Shown here piece by piece: positions 1 through 6,109 of a stretch of 6,121 bases of DNA. Source of the DNA: Halalkalibacterium halodurans (GTDB taxonomy: Bacteria; Bacillota; Bacilli; Bacillales; Bacillaceae_D). How positions within the stretch are numbered: the stretch's first letter is position 1; the number at the start of each line of letters is the position of its first letter. The position numbers and the translations under genes are program-made. The DNA is taken from contig NZ_SNUY01000003.1 in the NCBI RefSeq assembly GCF_004376175.1, forward strand, positions 2,025-8,145, written 5' to 3'. The notes beneath the pieces are model-generated. The model saw only the letters and a list, made by a program, of their open reading frames with translations. It was not told the DNA's origin and did not search any database.

Positions 1-107
1 TTATCCAGTTCTGCTTTCATGATGATTTCAAGTCTTTCTTGAATAAATGATTTTATGATTTCTTCCAGTTGATTTGTGAAGTCGGAATTGTTTATACTTG
101 ATGACAT
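1..107 (-). CDS. IS256 (mutator) family transposase, N-terminal 35 codons only; continues beyond the window start
   Basis: The reverse complement of 1-107 starts at ATG (107-105). It reads MSSSINNSDFTNQLEEIIKSFIQERLEIIMKAELD and stays open to the window edge. An SD-like GAGAGGAG (minus strand, 120-127) lies 12 nt upstream. The helical LEEII..F..ERLE.IM.AE N-terminus matches my recollection of Firmicute IS256-family transposases. The fragment is too short to appear in the ORF track. Confidence 0.45.
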   Translation of the reverse strand, partial: MSSSINNSDFTNQLEEIIKSFIQERLEIIMKAELD

Positions 108-207
108 AGGTAGGGATTACTCCTCTCTTATGGAATCTAGACAATTCCGAGGATACCCTACCTATTTTTATGTTTTCAAGGGCTTACACAAAATATTTTA
201 CGTCATC
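1..207 (-). mobile_element. Left end of an IS256-family insertion sequence (partial; the rest lies upstream of the window)
   Basis: The transposase start lies about 100 nt inside a putative terminal inverted repeat. The reverse complement of 182-207 is GATGACGTAAAATATTTTGTGTAAGC. It shares the tip GAT.A.GT and an exact TTGTGTAA block at offset 17-24 with the IS256 IRL as I remember it (GATAAAGTCCGTATAATTGTGTAAAA). Host-like signal-peptide coding sequence begins directly at 208. The boundary is a best guess, within about 5 nt. Confidence 0.4.
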
Positions 208-1827
208 AATAAAGTTATTTTGATATTCCTTTTCGTTATAATATCATTGTCAAATTTCTCCTCAAATCAAATTCTTGTCTCAGCTGAGGAACTAAGATTT
301 AATGATGTACCAACTAGTGCGTGGGGACATGATGAAATAACTTTTTTAAACGAAAAGGGGATTATCCAAGGATATCCTGGGGGCAGTTTTAAGCCGAATT
401 CTACAATTACTAGAGCACAAGCTGCTATTATCATGACAAATGCCCTTCAGGTTGGTGGTAAAAAAGTCGAAAGTCCTACATTTCCAGATGTGTCAACAGA
501 TCATTGGGCTTCTGAAGCGATCGAACAAGCTGCAGCTTTAGGAATATTTGTTGGTATAAACGGTGAGTTTCGTCCAAATGAGAAAATTAGCAAAGCACAG
601 GTGGCTACTATTATTTCAAGATCTTTTAAACTTAAAAGCACTATTTCAACAAAATTTACTGACGTAAAAACCGACCATTGGGCAGCAGACCATATTGCCG
701 CACTAGAAGCGAACGGAATCATTAAAGTTGAGGGAGAATTTCAACCGAATAAAGCAGCAACGAGATCAGAATTTTCCGTATTTATCGCTCGGTCAATTGA
801 ACCTACTTTTCGTATTGAAGATACGATGATACGTTTATATCAAGGGAGGGTTTCTAATACAAGCACAACCTTAAATGTACGCTTAATGCCTTCGACTGAT
901 AGCTCTGTTCTTGGTCGCCTAAAACTTGGCGAGACGGTTGATGTGTATGAAGAAACTGGAGATTGGAAAAAAATAAAATATTTACAAAGTTGGGGTTATG
1001 TCCATAAGGATTACATAACTAAGCTGACAGCAAATGAAACAGAATCAAAAACTCCCAATTCATCAGAAAAAAAGGTAATTGACGTGGGACGTGTAACAAC
1101 TGCTTCTTTACATCTTCGAGAAGAACCATCTTCAAATTCTACTTCATTAGGGAAATTAAAAATGAATGATGTAGTCGAAATTTATGAATATGAGGGTAAA
1201 TGGGCGTTAATTAAGCAAAATGATAGTTGGGCGTACATACATAGCGATTACTTAGCTATTCGTGACATGAATCAGAAGAATCTTCAAGACGTTGTTATAA
1301 CTATCGATCCTGGTCATGGTGGAAAAGATCCAGGAACGAATGGACACGGTTTGCAGGAAAAAGACATAGTCTTAGATGTAGGACTGGTTCTTGAGAAAAA
1401 GCTGAAAGAACTTGATGCAAAACCGATATTAACAAGAAGTGATGACCGTTTTATAGAATTGAATGATAGAGCAAAAATCGCAAATAATGCAAATGCGTCC
1501 GTTTTTGTCAGTATTCATGCAAATTCCGCAGTCTCATCTTCTGCTAATGGTCTAGAATCATATTGGAATAGCGCTTATTCAAATGAGGAAAGTGAAGAAT
1601 TAGCAGAAAAAATTAATAAACGCCTTGTGGAAGAACTCGGAATGAAAGATCGAGGAGTCAAGGAAGCAAACTTTGCAGTCATTCGTCAATCAAACATGCC
1701 AAGTGTATTGGTTGAATTGGGGTTTGTAACCAATAGTGGCGATGCAGAAATAATGAAGCAATCCGAATTCAATGAAAAGGCAGCTTCTGCGATCCTCGAA
1801 GGAATTAAAGATTATTATAGATGGTAA
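130..1827 (+). CDS. Secreted S-layer-homology-anchored N-acetylmuramoyl-L-alanine amidase (3x SLH, 2x SH3b, Amidase_3/MurNAc-LAA)
   Basis: The long ORF is 76-1827.
- **SLH repeats:** three, with the motifs FNDVPTSAWGHDEI..ITRAQAA, FPDVSTDHWASEAI..ISKAQVA and FTDVKTDHWAADHI..ATRSEFS.
- **SH3b-like repeats:** two, with the motifs LNVRLMPSTDSSVLGRLKLGETVDVYEETGDWKKI..GYVHKDYI and LHLREEPSSNSTSLGKLKMNDVVEIYEYEGKWALI..AYIHSDYL.
- **Amidase_3 signature:** C-terminal, with ITIDPGHGGKDPG..., FVSIHANS and SVLVELGFVTN.
- **Signal peptide:** h-region VILIFLFVIISL and cleavage site VSA|EE at residues 47-72 of the 76-start ORF.
- **Start:** uncertain. ATG 130 has only a weak SD-like sequence and GTG 76 has none. 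Both appear to lie in IS-derived DNA. Confidence 0.88.
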   Translation: MESRQFRGYPTYFYVFKGLHKIFYVINKVILIFLFVIISLSNFSSNQILVSAEELRFNDVPTSAWGHDEITFLNEKGIIQGYPGGSFKPNSTITRAQAAIIMTNALQVGGKKVESPTFPDVSTDHWASEAIEQAAALGIFVGINGEFRPNEKISKAQVATIISRSFKLKSTISTKFTDVKTDHWAADHIAALEANGIIKVEGEFQPNKAATRSEFSVFIARSIEPTFRIEDTMIRLYQGRVSNTSTTLNVRLMPSTDSSVLGRLKLGETVDVYEETGDWKKIKYLQSWGYVHKDYITKLTANETESKTPNSSEKKVIDVGRVTTASLHLREEPSSNSTSLGKLKMNDVVEIYEYEGKWALIKQNDSWAYIHSDYLAIRDMNQKNLQDVVITIDPGHGGKDPGTNGHGLQEKDIVLDVGLVLEKKLKELDAKPILTRSDDRFIELNDRAKIANNANASVFVSIHANSAVSSSANGLESYWNSAYSNEESEELAEKINKRLVEELGMKDRGVKEANFAVIRQSNMPSVLVELGFVTNSGDAEIMKQSEFNEKAASAILEGIKDYYRW

Positions 1828-1838
1828 TCAGTTGATTT

Positions 1839-1871
1839 GAAGCCTGTGAATAATTACAGGCTTCATTTTTT
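1839..1871 (+). terminator. Rho-independent terminator of the amidase gene
   Basis: There is a perfect 9-bp stem, GAAGCCTGT (1839-1847) paired with ACAGGCTTC (1856-1864). The loop is 8 nt and is followed by ATTTTTT. The stem starts 12 nt after the TAA stop. Confidence 0.8.
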
Positions 1872-1936
1872 GTTATCTTCTTTATGTACAATTACACTCG
1901 CAGCATTAGTAATCCCCGTCTTTCATTTTTACAACA

Positions 1937-2293
1937 TCAGCCTTCATTGCCTTTGCGATGTCTAAAGGGATTAAAAAGTCTTTTCCCAGCTTCATACAGT
2001 ACAAATAAAGAGCCGGTTAGTAAAACAACTGTATTCAATAAGGCACCTAGTAAAGAGAATCTTTTGTATCCAAACGTGAAGGTAGAATCGGCCTTATGAT
2101 TGGATTTCTTTTGTAAGTACCATGAGATACCAAGAGAAAGGGAATCGGCAAAATCATGAATGGCGTCAGAGATAATGAGAATACTTCCTGTTAGAATCCC
2201 CCAATGCCTTCAATATTGGCAAAGAGGGTGTTTAATAAAAATACTAATCCAATGTTTTGGTGGTTGTTAGTTGTTTTGATTGTGGGTACTCAT
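1937..2293 (-). pseudogene. Decayed cation diffusion facilitator (CDF) family transporter gene: N-terminal TM1-TM3 remnant with two frameshifts and a 3' truncation
   Basis: An SD AAAGGAG (minus strand, 2304-2310) lies 10 nt from ATG 2293.
- **Frame A:** MSTHNQNN then a stop.
- **Frame B:** ..TNNHQNIGLVFLLNTLFANIEGIGGF then a stop.
- **Frame A again:** ILTGSILIISDAIHDFADSLSLGISWYLQKKSNHKADSTFTFGYKRFSLLGALLNTVVLLTGSLFVLYEAGKRLFNP.

This is the canonical CDF TM1-TM3 region, including the H-x3-D metal site and the FGYKR motif. CDF similarity stops at about 1967, and a stop follows at 1937-1939. TM4-TM6 and the C-terminal domain are absent. Confidence 0.75.
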
Positions 2294-2334
2294 TTTTTTC
2301 ATACTCCTTTGTTGCTAACGTACCCTCAAGCTTT

Positions 2335-2364
2335 ATTATAAAAACATAATTAGCTAATAGTGAA
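2335..2364 (-). promoter_or_regulatory. Candidate sigma-A type promoter upstream of the CDF remnant
   Basis: On the minus strand there is a TTCACT (2364-2359), an 18-nt spacer, then TATAAT (2340-2335). This sits about 25 nt upstream of the SD at 2304-2310. It is a pattern match in AT-rich DNA only. Confidence 0.3.
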
Positions 2365-2557
2365 TCATTCTAGACCAACTAAACAACGATCCCATCAAAT
2401 TGTTCTGATTCTTAGATGATTAAGGTAAAAATGTATATGTTTTAACATGTAAGCGGCGACTAACGACAGGTAACACCTGTAAACGAAAGACCACGCGTTC
2501 TAAATTCGTATGATTAATATTCAATGAAAACTTCCAGATGCATGCACTTATAAACAC

Positions 2558-2590
2558 GTAAAAACCGAACCCAGTTAACGAGTTCGGTTA
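2558..2590 (-). terminator. Rho-independent terminator of czcD
   Basis: On the minus strand, 6 nt after the stop, AACCGAAC (2589-2582) pairs with GTTCGGTT (2570-2563). The loop is 11 nt and is followed by a T run, read GGTTTTTAC. Confidence 0.65.
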
Positions 2591-2595
2591 TATTG

Positions 2596-3504
2596 TTAGT
2601 TACAGTGGATTGCCTTACATGTACGCTCATCATCTTCAATTTGAATAGTCGTATGTTCAAGATGATATTCATCATGTAGTGTTTTGTTAGCTATTGATAA
2701 CATTTCTGAATGATCAATGCCTTGCTCCACAACCATATGACAGCTAATTGAAAGGAAGTCAGAGGTGATAGACCAAACATGTAGGTCGTGAACATCTTTT
2801 ATTCCTTTCAATGAAAGCAAGGATTTTTTTACGTTATCAACATCAATATGAGCAGGAGCTCCTTCCATTAGAACGTGAATCGATTCTTTTGTTACCCGAT
2901 AACCGCTAATAATAATCAGGATCGCAACTAAAACGCTTGCAATTGGATCGGCAAGGTTCCAACCAAAAAACATAATGAATAAAGCTGCTGTAATAGCTCC
3001 TACAGAACCAAGTAGATCTCCTAAAACATGAAGAAAAGCACTTCTAACATTTAAATTTTTATCTTTATCTCCTCGCATTAAAATAAATGCTGCTACAATA
3101 TTTACAAGTAAACCAATAACGGCAACAGTCAGCATCCCCGTACTCATCACTTCAGGTGGTGTTAGAATACGTCGATAAGCTTCCCAAAAAATATAAAGGG
3201 AAATTAGTAGAAGCGTAAGACCATTAATAAAAGCAGCTAATATTTCGAACCGCTTATATCCAAATGTTTTCGAAAAAGAAGCTTCTTTCTCACCAAAAGT
3301 CATGGCAAGGTAACTAAGCCCTAATGCAGCCGCATCACTAAGCATATGCCCTGCATCTGATAAAAGCGCCAGACTATTTGTAAGTAATCCTCCAATGACC
3401 TCCACAATCATATAGGTAGTAATGAGAAAAAAGGACAGTTTTAAAGCCGTTTTATTGTTACTCGTATGATGGTGATGCCCACCGTGACTATGTGAATGTC
3501 CCAT
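2596..3504 (-). CDS. czcD: CzcD-type cation diffusion facilitator (Zn/Co/Cd/Cu efflux antiporter)
   Basis: The 302-aa ORF begins with a His-rich N-terminus, MGHSHSHGGHHHHT. It has six predicted TM segments. Motifs include LTNSLALLSDAGHMLSDAAAL (TM2 H-x3-D), KTFGYKRFEILAAFING, NVRSAFLHVLGDLLGSVGA (TM5 H-x3-D), ADPIASVLVA and a C-terminal DVHDLHVWSITS domain. It aligns closely along its length with Bacillus subtilis CzcD as I remember that sequence. An SD GGAGGG (3511-3516) lies 6 nt from the ATG. Confidence 0.9.
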   Translation of the reverse strand: MGHSHSHGGHHHHTSNNKTALKLSFFLITTYMIVEVIGGLLTNSLALLSDAGHMLSDAAALGLSYLAMTFGEKEASFSKTFGYKRFEILAAFINGLTLLLISLYIFWEAYRRILTPPEVMSTGMLTVAVIGLLVNIVAAFILMRGDKDKNLNVRSAFLHVLGDLLGSVGAITAALFIMFFGWNLADPIASVLVAILIIISGYRVTKESIHVLMEGAPAHIDVDNVKKSLLSLKGIKDVHDLHVWSITSDFLSISCHMVVEQGIDHSEMLSIANKTLHDEYHLEHTTIQIEDDERTCKAIHCN

Positions 3505-3510
3505 GAAAAT

Positions 3511-3516
3511 CCCTCC
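3511..3516 (-). promoter_or_regulatory. Shine-Dalgarno sequence of czcD
   Basis: The minus strand reads CTGGAGGGATTTTCATG. The GGAGGG core lies 6 nt upstream of the start codon at 3504. Confidence 0.7.
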
Positions 3517-3699
3517 AGTTATAAATATATGCGGTATACATGATTATGAATTAGAAAAAAGTGAGAAGTGAATTAATTATGAGAAACGTCCTTTTACCTC
3601 AACAAATATATGGATTTTAATTTCAGTTTTAGTTGTTTAGCCATAATTAATTCGTTTTCTTCCGTTTAATCTAACCCATTATTCTAATATGACGTAATT

Positions 3700-3732
3700 A
3701 AAAAGGAGAAGGATCCTAAGTAGGTCTTCTCC
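3700..3732 (-). terminator. Rho-independent terminator of the CtaG-family gene, separating it from czcD
   Basis: GGAGAAG (3705-3711) pairs with CTTCTCC (3726-3732), with a possible G-U extension. On the minus strand this is followed by TTTTTAATTA (3704-3695). The stem starts 22 nt after the stop codon. Confidence 0.7.
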
Positions 3733-3754
3733 AGATAAATACAAATTTACTCTT

Positions 3755-4528
3755 TTATTCATAGTTCATTTCAGGTTGATCTCTGTCTAATCTAACTGCT
3801 TCAGAAAACGAATAAGCAATCATGATACTATAAACGATAATTTGAATAATTTTCATCGCAACTCCGCCAGCTTGCTGGTCATTAATTAAGGAAATGTTGT
3901 AAAGTTGCGGTAAAGATTGATAAGTGGTATATAGAACCTTGTTTGAAAAAATAATAAATGCACCTAATGGGGTCATAAAAGCCCCCATGCCAACAATATA
4001 GATAATCTTAAGCATTGGTTGTAATGTGGTATTGGTATTATTTTTAGCTGGTGAAACGACAGGCCACCACATACAAAAGGACAGTGGTAGTAGGATTATC
4101 ATGGAAACTGCTCGACTTATCGGACTAGACATAATCATATCAAACAAAAACGGTACATAATAAATTGAAAATAAAATATTAAATAGTGGCAAGATAACAA
4201 AAGGTTTTGTAAAGATTTTCAATATACTGGTAACCTTTTTATGACTATAAATTGGTTTTAGTAACGAATCAGTCAGACCAAGTAAAATAAGGATTGGCAC
4301 AATAAAATAAGTGACTGTTTGTTGCATCATATAAACGAAGAATAAAGAGTTCGCCCATTCTAATACAGGGTTTGCTTGGGCGATCAAGAAAAGAAAAGCA
4401 CCTGAAATAAATGCGGCTTTCCTCCACTTTGTTATGTCTTCATTACTTTTTTTTCCTGTTAATTGCAAATATTGTACGACGATAAAAAAAGTGAAAATAA
4501 ATAAGACCGCACTCCATAAATAGGTCAT
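3755..4528 (-). CDS. Caa3_CtaG-family integral membrane protein (cytochrome c oxidase assembly factor CtaG-like)
   Basis: The 257-aa product is strongly hydrophobic with about 7 TM segments. The motifs CMWWPVVSP and DQQAGGVAMKIIQ correspond to the MMWW...CPVP and DQQLGGIVMKFVQ motifs I recall in B. subtilis CtaG. SD-like GAAGGGA lies about 9 nt upstream of ATG 4528. No other cta genes are present in the window. Confidence 0.6.
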   Translation of the reverse strand: MTYLWSAVLFIFTFFIVVQYLQLTGKKSNEDITKWRKAAFISGAFLFLIAQANPVLEWANSLFFVYMMQQTVTYFIVPILILLGLTDSLLKPIYSHKKVTSILKIFTKPFVILPLFNILFSIYYVPFLFDMIMSSPISRAVSMIILLPLSFCMWWPVVSPAKNNTNTTLQPMLKIIYIVGMGAFMTPLGAFIIFSNKVLYTTYQSLPQLYNISLINDQQAGGVAMKIIQIIVYSIMIAYSFSEAVRLDRDQPEMNYE

Positions 4529-4849
4529 ATCTTTGGTTCCCTTCTAACTTAATATAGAATTTTCCGATGTGATAATGCTTGTCTATTTTAACAGGACGAT
4601 GTTAATAATTGAATAGTCATTTGAATATATTAATGACAAATTTGAAAACGGTAAAGAAAGCTGGGGTGGTCGGTCAAATTTTTGAAATGTTAAGGCTACT
4701 TAAATTTATTTATGAATGTCAATTTGATATCTAGAACATGATAATCCTGAATAGATAGAGATTTATTAGGATACATCATGTTAAAAACAATTGATGTTAG
4801 TCTTATGGCCAATCACATATCCGCACATAAAGGGGTTATTACGGTTAGA

Positions 4850-5040
4850 GTTAAATTCAATCAATACAACCGAACACCCTATACACTTTTTCGGCTTTTG
4901 AATTACCCCCACCTAAAACTTTAACAAGTTTTTGAGGAAGGGGATTCCTAAGTAACCACTCCTAACGGAGTGTAATTGATTAGGCTATCCCCGTCACACC
5001 GACGGTTGAAATCCCTAGAAGGCGCAATCCTTCTAACTCT
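4850..5040 (-). ncRNA. Putative TnpB omega RNA (reRNA) scaffold overlapping the tnpB 3' end and the IS right end; boundaries approximate
   Basis: Six consecutive minus-strand hairpins, given in plus coordinates:
1. 5016-5035: TAGAAGG/CCTTCTA.
2. 4991-5005: CCGTC/GACGG.
3. 4957-4972: CACTCC-GTTA-GGAGTG.
4. 4935-4949: AGGAA/TTCCT.
5. 4915-4932: AAAACTT-GTTA-AAGTTTT.
6. 4869-4895: GCCGAA/TTCGGT.

Known TnpB omega RNAs start inside the tnpB 3' end and run to the IS right end. No homology or covariation check was possible. Confidence 0.45.
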
Positions 5041-6109
5041 ATATTTGTTGCAGCATTCCAATCACGATGATGTTCTGCATCACAGTTTTCACATTTCCAT
5101 TTACGGACACCTAAGTTTTTAACTTTAGGATTCTTCGTTTGGCAATGAGAACATGTTTGGCTCGATGGGAAGAATCGGTCAACAAACACAACTTCACGAC
5201 CATACCATTTAGCTTTATACTCAAGGAGTGTTGTAAACTTTGACCAACTCGCATCAGCGATGGACTTTGCTAACTTTTTATTTTTAAGCATACCCGATAC
5301 ATTTAGGTCCTCGAGCGCAATCACTTGATTCTCGCGAACGAGCTTCGTGGACAGTTTATGTAAAAAATCATTTCGAATATTGCTGATTTGTTCGTGTAAT
5401 TTAGCAACTTGTTTTTGTTCTTATGCCAGTTGCTAGAGCCGATCTTCTTTCGAGAAAGGACGCGTTGCAATTTAGATAGTTTCTCTTCATATTTGCGTAA
5501 GTATTTAGGGTTAGCGACCACTTCACCATTAGACATCGAGGCAAAGTCTTTGATCCCTAAGTCAATACCTACGGTATTGTTTACTTTTAGCAGTTTAGTT
5601 ACTTCTGTTTCAGTTAATACAGACATGAAGTATTTACCCGAACTATTACGTCTCACAGTGACAGACATGATCCGACCCTCAATGTCGCGAGATTTAGCAA
5701 AACGAACCCAACCCAATTTAGGTAGTTTAATTTTATTACCATCTACCTTGATGTTGTTGTTCGTCATCTTAGTTGTGTACGATTGAACAGGATGCTTTCT
5801 ACTTTTAAATACAGGCTTATCATTCTGTTTCTTAAAGAAACGATCATACGCCTCACCTAAGGTTTTTACAGCAGTTTGCACAGCAATAGAATCAACCTCT
5901 TTTAACCAAGAGTACGTTGACTTTAAATTCGGCAATTGTTTTGAACACTTACCATACGAAAGACCTTTTCCTGTTTCTTTATATGTCTCATTCCATATAT
6001 TAAGAAAATGGTTATAGACAAAACGACAAGAACCGAAGGTTCGATTCATTAGGTTTTGTTGTTCTTTGTTTGGATAGATACGATATCTAAATGCTTTGTT
6101 TATTTCCAT
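4980..6109 (-). pseudogene. tnpB: IS200/IS605-family tnpB (RNA-guided RuvC-like endonuclease, IS1341/OrfB type), split by a single frameshift into ORFs 5321-6109 and 4980-5324
   Basis: - **N-terminal ORF:** MEINKAFRYRIYPNKEQQ... (typical TnpB start) ...VGIDLGIKDFA (RuvC-I Asp).
- **After the frame change:** the text should read [39 protein letters not shown] (RuvC-II Glu).
- **Downstream motifs:** zinc finger CSHCQ..x..CENC and [10 protein letters not shown] (RuvC-III Asp).
- **Frameshift position:** confined to 5411-5420. The C-terminal frame is closed by a TAA at 5421-5423, and the homology already runs from 5414. The interval contains a T5 run at 5412-5416 (A5 on the coding strand).
- **Reconstructed length:** about 376 aa. 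Confidence 0.9.

Noticed and set aside
76-129. GTG 76 as the true amidase start
   Set aside because: There is no SD upstream. The position overlaps the divergent transposase coding start on the other strand, and it lies in apparently IS-derived DNA. It is kept only as the maximal ORF limit.
501-722. 73-aa minus-strand ORF from the track
   Set aside because: It lies wholly antisense inside the SLH repeats of the amidase gene. It has no SD and a low-complexity Ala/Ser-rich translation typical of a shadow frame.
1884-2099. 71-aa plus-strand ORF from the track
   Set aside because: It is antisense to the CDF remnant, whose minus-strand translation has unmistakable family motifs. It has no SD, and its Ser/Pro/Leu-rich product shows no recognisable features.
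2451-2497. Locally GC-richer patch with the perfect hairpin ACAGGT-AAC-ACCTGT (2466-2480) as a possible riboswitch, sRNA or operator
   Set aside because: It is only a 6-bp stem with no flanking conserved-looking structure. There is no terminator or expression platform, and it sits between a terminator and a pseudogene promoter. That is not enough to call anything.
3517-3696. CzrA/ArsR-type 12-2-12 operator, or a MerR-type long-spacer promoter, upstream of czcD
   Set aside because: I searched both strands by eye. Only AT-rich partial symmetries turned up, such as ATATGCGGTATACAT, along with several equally weak -35/-10 combinations. None is clean enough to report.
4616-4637. 22-bp near-palindrome GTCATTTGAATATATTAATGAC upstream of the CtaG-family gene as an operator
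   Set aside because: Only 8 of 11 positions pair, the DNA is very AT-rich, and it matches no regulator-binding consensus I can name. It may simply overlap a promoter.
5411-5420. Programmed -1 ribosomal frameshifting in tnpB, as in IS3-family A AAA AAG sites
   Set aside because: The site reads C AAA AAC in the zero frame, which is not a canonical X XXY YYZ heptamer. I see no obvious downstream stimulatory structure at the right spacing. Programmed frameshifting is not an established feature of TnpB genes. An indel or a sequencing error is the simpler explanation.
5409-5786. 125-aa plus-strand ORF from the track
   Set aside because: It is a shadow frame antisense to tnpB. The tnpB translation explains the region completely.
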